57,337 bases of DNA from a virus (lineage: Duplodnaviria > Caudoviricetes): positions 1 through 57,337 of the IMG/VR virus record IMGVR_UViG_3300042402_000779, one strand, 5' to 3'. The notes under the pieces are model-generated. The model saw only the letters and a program-made list of their open reading frames with translations. It was not told where the DNA came from and did not search any database. Numbering within the stretch: position 1 is the stretch's first letter; each line of letters starts with the position of its first letter. Made by a program: the position numbers and the translations under genes. Below, piece after piece: positions 29,601 to 38,690 of the stretch.

Positions 29601-31085
29601 AAAAAAGTAACGGATACTGGATTTGCTACTGAATACGTTTTAGTAAACACATCATCGAGATTAGACCCATCAAGTGGAACTGACTTTAAAGGATATCTAT
29701 ACGTTACTCGTTCATATGGTTATGGTATCACGGGAGATTCATCATCATTAGGTGATGCTCCTGCCATTTCACAATCATATGAGGCTGGTCAAGTTTTAGT
29801 ATCTACTGGTAAATTAAACACCGGGTTTATTCGTATAAATGCAAATCCAAATGACCAAGCTACCCCGTATATGGATATTGTGGAACGAACTGGTAGTGGA
29901 ATTTATGATGTTGAGTTAAAAGCACGTTTGGGTGACTTGAGTGGTTTGGCTGGAAGTAATATGGTATTTGGTAATCCAAATCCGGGATTTGGTCTTGCTA
30001 CTGATAATGTGTATCTTCAAGGTGGTATAACCGCTACGTTTGGTTCTATTGGTGGTTATGGTATTTCAACAAATACAATCAGTTCATCCAATGGAAATAT
30101 CATATTAAGAGACAATGGTCAGATTACAGCATCCGCTGCTTTGATTAGTGGTAGTGATGTTACAATTGCTGTTGATAACTTTGTATTGAACTCAACAAAC
30201 TTTAAAGTAAAATCCAATGGTGATATCACAGCATCAAATGCTTTACTGAATGGTGGACAAATTGGTGGGTTTAGATTAACCGATACTGCGATATCTTCAT
30301 CAAATGGATTATTATCTTTAAAATCAAATGGGCAAGTAACTGCATCAAATGCTTTATTGGATGGTGGTATTGTTGGTGGATTTGTTCTAAATCAAACGTC
30401 AATAAGTTCGTCCGCTAAACAAATATCAGGTTCATTTTCCACTCCAAATTTGGCATTAAAATCGAATGGACAAATTACAGGGTCAAACGTACTTATAGCT
30501 CGTGTTATTGAAGGTACTTACTACACGCTCATAGACACCACAAATGGTTTGGTCGATGCAAGAAATGTTGGTAGACAAATTGTAAGTGATTATCATGGTA
30601 TGACATTAGTAGGACAAGATACACCTGTGTATGTAAGTTCATCTGATTTGTATTTTCCAGTGCATATACTTCCTGGTGAAAATAAACTATTATGGGCGTT
30701 TACATTGTATGGTGCTAAAGGTGGAGCAAGTGCAGTAACACATGGCAGTCGAATAACAATATCAAAAGCAATCACAGGTTCATCTACAACTGATAGTTTA
30801 TTTGATACTTGGGAAAATGAAACGATACTTGGTACATATACAATAGCATCATCAGCAGCATTTCCTGAAAGAAGTTTTTCGGGAAATGTATATCCAACAG
30901 GAATGGAAATTCCATCAGACTTTCAAGGTAAGTATTGTTTGATAAAAGTTTTAGGTTATTCAAATGTATCAAGTGGTACGCCTGATGGGAATACTAAAAC
31001 TTATATACGAAATGTAACTTTAACCGCTACACGAGCATTCTCCGCCGTGTATAACGGATTTAATGAAGCCTCGTTGCCATCGTAA
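26682..31085 (+). CDS. large tail fibre / receptor-binding protein
   Basis: 1467 aa, S/T/G-rich, with GWKIGQDGKAEFENISVRG and IGGW/IGGF beta-repeats typical of tail tip and fibre proteins. Confidence 0.7.
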   Translation: MALELKVKSKENLKDIDVYIEDTSVDSAEYFAIVDFPTYLGEGKSSIKVRGNSKNLEDNTEIDIEVLDQSGRPVYWEISDIKDEDETRLISIWVYANRNDKYDTAPGVGEVIFVGTAANVPSNWNGRSNIRWSRKVPIRVDLPSTSRIVFDRTSLPKCTISASVETFVNIPSTSGSLNAVTASSLVYYKKSNWGDQISIERVSGTSFNGEMKSGSIYLDFGTTTLFPRLTGQSQPTRFTSSITDVYSTNVLRIQSPITQSDNRSSKSVHTYDYSDGVVSASISYYSTASYVATQNQVSFANITLTNLEPSVGSVYSINTLIKSKGLSGDFQIIGSTRVPLTGSQYFRVPIPTEHLNDPKTVKLQFLNVNGDISDYSLIVDNIVFPGGNVYIAGNQSIITGSFYIGNTIGSGIELAGVSSGFLRSVGYEGQTSASLGIGPGGFIIYSGSGALQVGADTLQGVGMQLVGPNDNAHLIFSTEDGGSLDIKAEKFFIGTTGSQFISGSEGNIEISSSLFHLDPQNNLLIIGADAVINANLSVNQLFTPATIGGAPSNINNASSSITSQGFAKFVSASIGGWSVNTGSIFSTNLDINSSGKIQTRDFASGVKGWKIGQDGKAEFENISVRGTLKTTTFEKESVNAVGGQLYIANSTTLSGSAVVTATTISSSIITSSTSLPSGFGNEIGKDYVNYSGTDYLLVSKTDSTHFTIGTPIYANAALATLYYSQSNTNTSITVTASRQIQTLVNTYLQAQTDLKNDYYGNESDFEVNNYTAQLPSSNIPTSSFVGNLLDLITSPPSPIFLDGGSPSENARGNITTISAGVITIAFDAGYTFDPNAAPISTGTKIAISYTSASYSSSITSSNIVSTLGGSFPVSIAEKGRITFDAGGTTRTYPILERINAANIKIDTSSIQAPLQTTYTSSVIIYSSSTNTSATITAGSQSNIDTLYTTISPSASIFVVDNVTGFVNGEILVLKKVTDTGFATEYVLVNTSSRLDPSSGTDFKGYLYVTRSYGYGITGDSSSLGDAPAISQSYEAGQVLVSTGKLNTGFIRINANPNDQATPYMDIVERTGSGIYDVELKARLGDLSGLAGSNMVFGNPNPGFGLATDNVYLQGGITATFGSIGGYGISTNTISSSNGNIILRDNGQITASAALISGSDVTIAVDNFVLNSTNFKVKSNGDITASNALLNGGQIGGFRLTDTAISSSNGLLSLKSNGQVTASNALLDGGIVGGFVLNQTSISSSAKQISGSFSTPNLALKSNGQITGSNVLIARVIEGTYYTLIDTTNGLVDARNVGRQIVSDYHGMTLVGQDTPVYVSSSDLYFPVHILPGENKLLWAFTLYGAKGGASAVTHGSRITISKAITGSSTTDSLFDTWENETILGTYTIASSAAFPERSFSGNVYPTGMEIPSDFQGKYCLIKVLGYSNVSSGTPDGNTKTYIRNVTLTATRAFSAVYNGFNEASLPS
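30049..30490 (+). repeat. imperfect protein-level repeats in the tail fibre
   Basis: About four copies of (IGGF..)ISSS....LKSNGQITASNALL; boundaries approximate. Confidence 0.65.
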
Positions 31086-31103
31086 ATATAAAGGAAATTT
31101 AAT

Positions 31104-31589
31104 ATGACAGAATTCGCTAAATCGGGAACATATTCGGCCGGACTTTATTCGAAGTTTTATGACACTAATATATTTGGAGCTGATACAAGCTGGACTTCAT
31201 ACACTCCAGAGTGGTCAAGTGCTGGAACACAACCATCAATTGGTAATGGTAGTAGAACTGGTAAATACAAAGTAATTGGTAAAACTTGTTTTGTGAGAGG
31301 TAATATAGTAATGGGTTCGACTACCACATTTGGTACGGGCGAGTGGTATGTGTCAATGCCACTTACAGCATCAAACGCTGATGCTATTTTGATGACTGCA
31401 CAATTATTAGATAATTTAAGTGCTTGGTACAATGCAACCATAAATGGTGCTCGTGCTGGGTTTAGTTATAAAACAGCAATACAATACCAAGCGACTGGTG
31501 GAACTGCTAATGATGTAAACGCAACTCAACCATTTACATGGGTAAGTGGTGATAGATTTCTTTGGAATGGTTCATATGAGATTGCATAG
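31104..31589 (+). CDS. tail fibre-associated beta-sandwich protein
   Basis: WTSYTP...GKYKVIGKTCFV...SMPLT...GSYEIA pattern common to fibre distal domains. Confidence 0.55.
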   Translation: MTEFAKSGTYSAGLYSKFYDTNIFGADTSWTSYTPEWSSAGTQPSIGNGSRTGKYKVIGKTCFVRGNIVMGSTTTFGTGEWYVSMPLTASNADAILMTAQLLDNLSAWYNATINGARAGFSYKTAIQYQATGGTANDVNATQPFTWVSGDRFLWNGSYEIA

Positions 31590-31603
31590 AATTATAAAAT
31601 AGA

Positions 31604-31610
31604 TACTTAT
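31604..31610 (+). promoter_or_regulatory. candidate late promoter TACTTAT (possibly leaderless transcript)
   Basis: AGATACTTATTATTATG; the ATG lies 4 nt after the motif, the same geometry as at 8570. Confidence 0.5.
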
Positions 31611-31614
31611 TATT

Positions 31615-34077
31615 ATGGGAAATATAATTAAAGAATGGGTTAAGTCCGTAATCGTTGAAGCTAATATTAAACGAGAGGTTGTTGTTTATGCTGGTAGATT
31701 CCAACCATTTCACAATGGTCACTATGCAACATACTCACATCTTGTTAAAAAATTTGGTAAAGAAAATGTCTTTATAGGTACTTCAAATCAACAAGGTGGG
31801 CCGAGACATCCATTTAATTTCAAAGAGAAACGTGAGATAATGGTAAAGATGTTTAACATCCCATCATCACAAATTGTTCAAGTAAAAAATCCATATGCTC
31901 CGACTGAAGTCATTTCAAAATTTGACGAAAGTTCTACCGCTTTTATCACTGTAGTTGGTGAGAAAGATGAAGCAAGGTTAGGTGGTAAGTATTTTAAAAA
32001 ATACGATGGTAACCCTGAATTTGGATATAAAGAGCATGGATATGTTTATGTATCACCAAAACAACCAAATGCTATAAGCGGAACGGATGTTAGGAACTGG
32101 TTATCAGCGTCTGAAGATTCTCAAAGAAAAGCTGGATTTAAAAAAGCTTATCCAAAATTTGACCCTAAAATTTACAATCTGATTTCAACTCGATTATTAA
32201 AAGTGGAATCGATAATGGAAGAGTTCTTTAAAAGATTTGACATCAAGTCTTTGTTAGAAGGAGCTACATATGGAGCTGAAGCTGGTGAACCCGACACCAT
32301 GTTTGTTATGCCGGGAAAAACTCGAAAACTTGGAGTAAAAAATCCCGGTCAAAAGGATGATGTCTGGTTTGTAAATGGTGGTTACACTCAAATGCACTTT
32401 CCAAAAGCTGATGTTATCATTTCACCCGATGCTAAAGGTAGTTCTGATTACTATCAATATTCTTCCAAAAGAAATATTAGAAATAATACTGATTTAGAAA
32501 TACCACCCGTAAGTGATGATTTCACCACAGCCCAATCGGGAAGAAAAGAAGTTGATGTTCAAGATTTAAAAAAAGAACATGCGATTCGAATTGGGTATGA
32601 AATCATAGAATATTCCATTGGAAAATTACCCCTTACTGAAAACTCCACAAGTATAGCTTATAATTTAGGTATGGAATTTTTAAACTTTTTAGATGAGGAT
32701 ATTACTATTCCAATTAACATAGGTGACACTGTACTTGGTGGTAAATTTAAAAACAAAAGAGTAGTCGTAAAATCAATTGGTAAAAATGAAAAGGGTGATA
32801 TCACAATTAATGATAAACCACTTCTTAAATTCAGATTGATTGATAAACTTGACGAAGGTATGTTAATGGAAGGTGGTGCTTATGGACATATGGCTCACCC
32901 ATTTGATACTGAAATGAATCTCACGTTTGGTGATTTAAAACAAATCATTAGTGGTGCTTTAAATGGTGAGTTGGAACTTGCCAGAGAAAAAACCGATGGT
33001 CAAGCTCTTGCCATTTCATGGAGAGATGATAAGGGTGGGTTGATTGCTGCTAGAAATAAAGGACATCTTGCTAATCGTGGTGAGAAAGCTCTTGATATTA
33101 GTGGAGTTGCAAGTAAGTTCCAAGGTCGTGGTGGTCTTACCGATGCTTACAACTTTGCCATGAAAGATTTGACATCGGCTATTAAAAGTTTGTCAAAGGC
33201 TCAACGAGATAAGATATTTAAACAAGGTGCAAAGTTCATGAACCTTGAAGTAATATGGCCTACGTCCGTTAACGTAATCCCATATGGCCAACCTCTTTTG
33301 GTATTTCATAATACAACCGAATATGATGAGAGTGGTGTGGCTATTGGTGCTGAGCAAAGTGATGCTAAAGTATTGGCTGGTATGATTAAACAAGTTAATG
33401 CTGACGTTCAATCAAAATATACAATCCAAGGCCCACCTGTACAACAATTACCAAAGTCACAAAAACTTACATCATTAAAGTCAAAGTTTGAATCTCAACT
33501 TGGTAAGTTGCAAAAGCAATTCAATTTAAAAGATACGGATGGTGTAGCTGAATATCACCAGAGATGGTGGGAAAATTATGTTGATACAAAATCACCATCT
33601 ACAATTGACAACAAAACAAAAATGGGTCTTGTAAAACGATGGGCTTTCTACGACAAGTCATTCCGATTGGATAGTAAAAATATAACCGATTCTAAAGTAT
33701 TAGAATGGGCTCAAGGTGTCGACAAGAATGACCATGCTAAAATTGCAAAAGATAACATTAGACCATTTGAAGATATTTTCTTGGGTGTGGGTGCCGAGGT
33801 TCTTTCGTTTATGTCATCTGTATTGACCGTCAACCCCGATACAGCCGTTCGTAACATGAAAGACCGACTTGACCAAACAATCAAAGATGTTCAGAAATTA
33901 GGTGACCCTAAAAAGATTGCAAAATTAAGATTAGAATTAGAAAGACTTGCTGCTATTGGTGGTAAAGATAAGATTGTACCAAATGAGGGTATTGTCTTTG
34001 TTTATAAAGGAAACACTTACAAACTCACTGGCACATTTGCACCATTGAATCAGATACTTGGTCTTTTCTATGAATAA
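31615..34077 (+). CDS. HIGH-family nucleotidyltransferase fused to a ligase-like (KxDG) domain
   Basis: N-terminal YAGRFQPFHNGH...ISGTDVR; C-terminal EKTDGQ, NLEVI, EGIVF and YKLTG. Confidence 0.7.
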   Translation: MGNIIKEWVKSVIVEANIKREVVVYAGRFQPFHNGHYATYSHLVKKFGKENVFIGTSNQQGGPRHPFNFKEKREIMVKMFNIPSSQIVQVKNPYAPTEVISKFDESSTAFITVVGEKDEARLGGKYFKKYDGNPEFGYKEHGYVYVSPKQPNAISGTDVRNWLSASEDSQRKAGFKKAYPKFDPKIYNLISTRLLKVESIMEEFFKRFDIKSLLEGATYGAEAGEPDTMFVMPGKTRKLGVKNPGQKDDVWFVNGGYTQMHFPKADVIISPDAKGSSDYYQYSSKRNIRNNTDLEIPPVSDDFTTAQSGRKEVDVQDLKKEHAIRIGYEIIEYSIGKLPLTENSTSIAYNLGMEFLNFLDEDITIPINIGDTVLGGKFKNKRVVVKSIGKNEKGDITINDKPLLKFRLIDKLDEGMLMEGGAYGHMAHPFDTEMNLTFGDLKQIISGALNGELELAREKTDGQALAISWRDDKGGLIAARNKGHLANRGEKALDISGVASKFQGRGGLTDAYNFAMKDLTSAIKSLSKAQRDKIFKQGAKFMNLEVIWPTSVNVIPYGQPLLVFHNTTEYDESGVAIGAEQSDAKVLAGMIKQVNADVQSKYTIQGPPVQQLPKSQKLTSLKSKFESQLGKLQKQFNLKDTDGVAEYHQRWWENYVDTKSPSTIDNKTKMGLVKRWAFYDKSFRLDSKNITDSKVLEWAQGVDKNDHAKIAKDNIRPFEDIFLGVGAEVLSFMSSVLTVNPDTAVRNMKDRLDQTIKDVQKLGDPKKIAKLRLELERLAAIGGKDKIVPNEGIVFVYKGNTYKLTGTFAPLNQILGLFYE

Positions 34078-34084
34078 TTTTTTA

Positions 34085-34091
34085 TATTTAT
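34085..34091 (+). promoter_or_regulatory. candidate late promoter TATTTAT
   Basis: Intergenic, 19 nt before ATG 34111. Confidence 0.55.
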
Positions 34092-34110
34092 ATAATGAAA
34101 CAAAAAAGTT

Positions 34111-34713
34111 ATGGCAAACGATAAATTAAAAAATGTAAAAGCGGTCAAAGAGATGTTGGCCGGAACTCACAAAACACAAACTCGTAAAAGTATTACATTT
34201 GGTGAAAGTGTTGACTATGTAAAACGTGAAGTTGGTGAACAATGGTCAGACGAAGAGGGTAATTTGTGGGAACAAAAAAAAGGTTACAAAGTTAAACTTG
34301 GTAAACTTTCAGATTTAAGAAATGAACTAAAAACATTTCCAAATTGTCCAAAAGAAACGTGCACTTGTAAAAAACCATCAAGAGCTGATGAGAAAATGAA
34401 AGCTTTTCATGGTATGTGTTTGGATTGTGTAATTGATATGGAACATCAGTTGCAAATTCAAGGTAAGTACGAAGAATACGAACGTGAGAAAATATTAAAC
34501 AATGCAAAAGCTTGGTTAAAACAAGCTGAAGTTGAAAAAGAAGTTTTAAAAGCCGGATTAAGAACTCAATATATAAATGAAGATGGTTCATTTGAAGATT
34601 GGTCTGGTGGTATGTCATTTGAGGAATTTGAAGCAAAGTTAGATTCCGATTTTGAAAAATTTAGAACCGAATTTATAGCAAAATTAGAAAACCCAACCGA
34701 AACTAACGTATAG
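34111..34713 (+). CDS. hypothetical protein with putative Zn-binding cysteines
   Basis: CPKETCTC...MCLDC. Confidence 0.65.
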   Translation: MANDKLKNVKAVKEMLAGTHKTQTRKSITFGESVDYVKREVGEQWSDEEGNLWEQKKGYKVKLGKLSDLRNELKTFPNCPKETCTCKKPSRADEKMKAFHGMCLDCVIDMEHQLQIQGKYEEYEREKILNNAKAWLKQAEVEKEVLKAGLRTQYINEDGSFEDWSGGMSFEEFEAKLDSDFEKFRTEFIAKLENPTETNV

Positions 34714-34737
34714 AATACGAAAGTGTAATAAACTACC

Positions 34738-34744
34738 TATTTAT
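34738..34744 (+). promoter_or_regulatory. candidate late promoter TATTTAT
   Basis: Intergenic, followed by SD GAGGGAG and ATG 34764. Confidence 0.6.
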
Positions 34745-34763
34745 TTCTTGAGGGAGACATATT

Positions 34764-35234
34764 ATGAGATTAAAATCACTTATAACCGAATCTAAAAAAG
34801 TCAATGAATCCACCATGGGTGAAATTGATATTATGGTTCAAGAAGCAGAAACCTTTCAAGATTTCGTAAAGGAATTTAAAAAAGAATTTCCAAACTTTGA
34901 TTTGACCAAAGACGCTCTTGTCTGGTTAAAGGGTATGTATACCAACAATAAAAGAAATGAATCGGTAATCAAAGAATCCAACTATAAAGTTTACCACAAT
35001 ACATATACTTCAGCGATTCAAACCGCATTGGAATATGCTAAAAAAGCTGGGTACGACTTTGATGATGACGAAACTTCACGAGAAATTGGATTAGGTCCAA
35101 AAAAACCATCGGAAGGAAAAACCAATAGATTTATAATCTCCCTTACAAAAGGTGGTAAACCACAACGTAAAGCTTTACAAATTCAAGTATACGGAATGCG
35201 TAACGCATATGAACTGAACGTTTATATTTCATAA
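34764..35234 (+). CDS. putative head-internal modular protein
   Basis: N-terminal MRLKSLITE leader; two modules separated by NESVIKE. Confidence 0.55.
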   Translation: MRLKSLITESKKVNESTMGEIDIMVQEAETFQDFVKEFKKEFPNFDLTKDALVWLKGMYTNNKRNESVIKESNYKVYHNTYTSAIQTALEYAKKAGYDFDDDETSREIGLGPKKPSEGKTNRFIISLTKGGKPQRKALQIQVYGMRNAYELNVYIS

Positions 35235-35242
35235 GGAATCTA

Positions 35243-37372
35243 ATGGGTACTAAAAAAGATTTATATGTTAAGTTGGTAGAATCTCTCCAAAAATTACAAG
35301 AAGAAAACGAACCCACAAACCCAGCTCTTTGGTCAAGAGCCGTTGCTGCTGCTAAAGCTAAATATGATGTGTATCCATCTGCGTATGCTAACGCATTTGC
35401 TTCTAAATGGTACAAAGAAAAAGGTGGTAGTTGGAAAACCAAAAAAGAATCTATAAGTGAAGATAGCCCATGTTGGGATGGCTATAAACAAGTGGGTATG
35501 AAAATGAAAAACGGAAAACAAGTACCAAATTGTGTACAAGAAGGTTCTACATTTAAAATTACAAATACAATTACTAAAAAAGAATGGGCTAAAACGCCAA
35601 AGGATTATAAATCGGTAATTGATGGTGTACATTATGTAATGAAGATGACCGATAAAGGCACAGCATTAGTTCCTGTTAAGATTGTTGAAATGACAGTAAC
35701 CGAAGCAAATGTTGGTGATTTCGAGATTGGTGATTTTGTTCATTTTAAATCTAAAAACAAAACCGGAATGGTAATGAAGATTAGTGGTAACAAAGTTACT
35801 ATTAATACCCTTAATGGACCTTTTACTGGTGATATTAAAGATATTCAAGTTTTATATCAAGATGGTGTTGAAGAATCACACAGCGGTGACCCAAATGACC
35901 GATATGTTGTTAGACCATGTAAGAATCCAAAAGAACCATGGGCTGTATGGGAAGGTGAAGTTAGGGTAAAGGGATTCGCTACCAAAGAAGAAGCCCAAGC
36001 ATTTGCAGACGCAAAAAACAAAGAACAATTTGGTGAGGTTACTGATTCTGAAGAAGAAGATTTTCATATGAAGCTTGACAAGTTGGTTCATTCCACATTT
36101 GGTATGAGTCCTGACGAAGAAAAGAACGAAGCAACTACATCAGATGTAATCAAAGATTTAGATAAAGTAAAAAATGATTTACTTAAAAAAATCGAGGTAT
36201 TGATTGCTAAAAAGAAAAAACTTTATTCCGATGTTGACATCGAATCTCCAATGAGTGATGATGAAAAAAAACTGGATAAAGAAATTGCAGATTTATTCTC
36301 AAAAATCAATCAATTAGTTCTTCAGAAACGAAACTTGAAAAAAGAATCTGTAACTGAAGGTAATGCTTTTACCGGCGCTTTGTTTAAAGCTCGTCAAGAA
36401 GGATTGACCGAATTCGAATTTAACGGAAAAATGTATCCTGTTAAAAAGCTCGATGAGGAATCTGATGAAAAAGAAGAAAAGTTAGAAGAATCAAAAACTA
36501 ACATTCTTAAAAAAATCATCAAAGAAGAATATCACGCTATTAAATCATTCATGGAACAAAATGGTATGGAGATTGGTAAAGTCTATTCTAATCCCGTAGC
36601 AAAATCATTCATCAAAGAAGATGAAGAAGAAGTTGTTGATGAGTATGATGTTGAAAACTATGAAGAGACTGTTGATTTCAAAGAGTTTTTAGAATCTTAC
36701 ATGAAATCTGAAAGAGCCGAATTGCGAGAGTTGAAATTTAAATCAGCCGGCGTTAAAGAATTACTTACTACAATTTTCAACAATAAAAATCTATTACCTA
36801 AACTTGGATTTAAGACATTCAAAGAAGTTCTTGAATTCATAAAGTTTGGTGACCAAGAAGAACAAGCTGAACTCGAAACAAAACTTAAAAAGTTAGGCGT
36901 TCAAGTTCCTGTTTTTGAATCCAATCTAAAAGAAATGAATCTTGCTTCGGCTGGAGTTAAAGAAGTGTTGAAACAATTATATTCTGATAAGAAGCTTGTA
37001 CAATATTTGGGATTCAAAGACTTTAAAGGTGCTGTCTACTTTATCAAAAATGGTATGTGGTCAGACTTTGAAGAACTCCGTGATGATATTGCAAAATACA
37101 AAAAACAATTGGGTGAGGCTGAATACCAAGGTCGTAAAGTAAAACTTGGTAAGATTATGCAGGGTGATGTTAAGAAGTTCAAAGTATACGTTAAAAACGA
37201 CAAAGGTAATGTTGTTAAAGTAAACTTTGGTCAAGGTGGTGATGCTAAAGGTGGTACTATGAGAATTCGTAAGAATAATCCAGAGGCTAGAGCATCATTC
37301 AGAGCACGTCACAATTGTGATAGTCCAGGTCCAAGATGGAAGGCTCGTTATTGGTCTTGTAAAAAGTGGTAA
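35243..37372 (+). CDS. putative head-internal mosaic polyprotein
   Basis: String of short, unrelated-looking modules separated by xxE linkers (ESISE, VTE, ESVTE, IIKEE, LKE, LGE). Confidence 0.6.
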   Translation: MGTKKDLYVKLVESLQKLQEENEPTNPALWSRAVAAAKAKYDVYPSAYANAFASKWYKEKGGSWKTKKESISEDSPCWDGYKQVGMKMKNGKQVPNCVQEGSTFKITNTITKKEWAKTPKDYKSVIDGVHYVMKMTDKGTALVPVKIVEMTVTEANVGDFEIGDFVHFKSKNKTGMVMKISGNKVTINTLNGPFTGDIKDIQVLYQDGVEESHSGDPNDRYVVRPCKNPKEPWAVWEGEVRVKGFATKEEAQAFADAKNKEQFGEVTDSEEEDFHMKLDKLVHSTFGMSPDEEKNEATTSDVIKDLDKVKNDLLKKIEVLIAKKKKLYSDVDIESPMSDDEKKLDKEIADLFSKINQLVLQKRNLKKESVTEGNAFTGALFKARQEGLTEFEFNGKMYPVKKLDEESDEKEEKLEESKTNILKKIIKEEYHAIKSFMEQNGMEIGKVYSNPVAKSFIKEDEEEVVDEYDVENYEETVDFKEFLESYMKSERAELRELKFKSAGVKELLTTIFNNKNLLPKLGFKTFKEVLEFIKFGDQEEQAELETKLKKLGVQVPVFESNLKEMNLASAGVKEVLKQLYSDKKLVQYLGFKDFKGAVYFIKNGMWSDFEELRDDIAKYKKQLGEAEYQGRKVKLGKIMQGDVKKFKVYVKNDKGNVVKVNFGQGGDAKGGTMRIRKNNPEARASFRARHNCDSPGPRWKARYWSCKKW

Positions 37373-37391
37373 TTTATTAATTTGAAAACAA

Positions 37392-37398
37392 TACTTAT
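37392..37398 (+). promoter_or_regulatory. candidate late promoter TACTTAT
   Basis: Intergenic, 15 nt before ATG 37414. Confidence 0.45.
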
Positions 37399-37413
37399 TG
37401 TAAACAAGTTTTG

Positions 37414-38361
37414 ATGAAGGTTTACCACGTCTACATAATTCGTAACAGAGAACCAGAGACATTTGAATTAATAACTCATATGTATTCTTGTATAAATCAC
37501 AGGAACGTCAACCCAGATGTTCCATTGTCTTTAATAACGGATTCAAAAACAAAAGAATTCTACGATAAATGGAAAATCACAAGTTTATATGACGAAGTGA
37601 TTACAAATTTCTTTGACGACTACCCATATGATAGAATATCTCATAATTTTTGGGCGTCTCCAAAGATTTGGGCTATGGGTAAGTTAAAAGCTCCATTTAT
37701 TATACTCGATACTGATTTACTATTACACAATCCGTTAAGTACATACACAAATTGTGACCTTGCGTATCTACATAGAGAGACTAGCGTCTCATATCCAAAC
37801 ATTTTTGATGTACATGGGCCGGAAGGGTTTGTTTGGGACGATGATATGTTGAAATCGTTCAGAAACACCCAACCGATGAATTGTGCTGTAATTGGTATGT
37901 TTAATGATTCGTTCAAATCTGATTTTGTGAAACGTTATTTTGATTTTGTATTGGATTCGAGTGGTGATGTATCATATGCTACCGAACATTCACATAGAAT
38001 GCAACCATTATCATCAGCACAAATAATGATGGAACAATGGTTCATCGCTGCTCTTGCTAATTATTGGACATATGTTTTAAATGTTCCAATAAAAACACAA
38101 GCGGTGTGTAAAGTTTTGTATTCATCTGAAGGATTCTTTACATATGATATGGATATGGGTCATGATGTTGCTTCTCCTGAATTAAACAATACATTGTATC
38201 ACTTATGGGGCGCTAAACAATATCAAAACGACAAAACCCATGAACTACACATCTCAACCCGAGATATGTTATATGGTGGTAAACACCTTGTCGAGTCGAG
38301 TTCTCATTATAACATTCTAAAAGAACCATTTGACAAATTGTTGACCGATTTATTTAATTAA
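37414..38361 (+). CDS. putative GT-A-fold glycosyltransferase-like protein
   Basis: LITD, FWASPKI, PFIILDTDLLL (DxD), MNCAVIG, MEQW, YHLWG. Confidence 0.55.
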   Translation: MKVYHVYIIRNREPETFELITHMYSCINHRNVNPDVPLSLITDSKTKEFYDKWKITSLYDEVITNFFDDYPYDRISHNFWASPKIWAMGKLKAPFIILDTDLLLHNPLSTYTNCDLAYLHRETSVSYPNIFDVHGPEGFVWDDDMLKSFRNTQPMNCAVIGMFNDSFKSDFVKRYFDFVLDSSGDVSYATEHSHRMQPLSSAQIMMEQWFIAALANYWTYVLNVPIKTQAVCKVLYSSEGFFTYDMDMGHDVASPELNNTLYHLWGAKQYQNDKTHELHISTRDMLYGGKHLVESSSHYNILKEPFDKLLTDLFN

Positions 38362-38372
38362 TTAAAAATCAA

Positions 38373-38379
38373 TATTTAT
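38373..38379 (+). promoter_or_regulatory. candidate late promoter TATTTAT
   Basis: Intergenic, followed by TAGGA and ATG 38397. Confidence 0.6.
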
Positions 38380-38396
38380 TTTAAAATAGGAATATT

Positions 38397-38690
38397 ATGA
38401 AAACACTAACAAAAATTTGGAATTGGATTTTGGGTAAGACAAACATTGACGAAAAGGTCATGGAAACTGTATCCCAAGTTAAAAAAGAAGTTGAAGTTGT
38501 TAAAGAACAAATCAACGTTGTAGAAAAAAAAGTTGTTGAGACTAAAGCTGCTGTAAAAGAAGTTAAAAAGTCAGCTAACAAACCTAAAGGTTCTGCAAAT
38601 GCTTCTGCCGGTCAAGTTAAACCAAAGAAGAGATACTATCCAAAGAAAAAAGGCTCATCTGCAGCCTCTGCTGGTAAAGTAACCAAGTAA
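38397..38690 (+). CDS. small basic protein
   Basis: Amphipathic N-terminus, short coiled coil and Lys-rich tail (KPKKRYYPKKKG). Confidence 0.65.
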   Translation: MKTLTKIWNWILGKTNIDEKVMETVSQVKKEVEVVKEQINVVEKKVVETKAAVKEVKKSANKPKGSANASAGQVKPKKRYYPKKKGSSAASAGKVTK

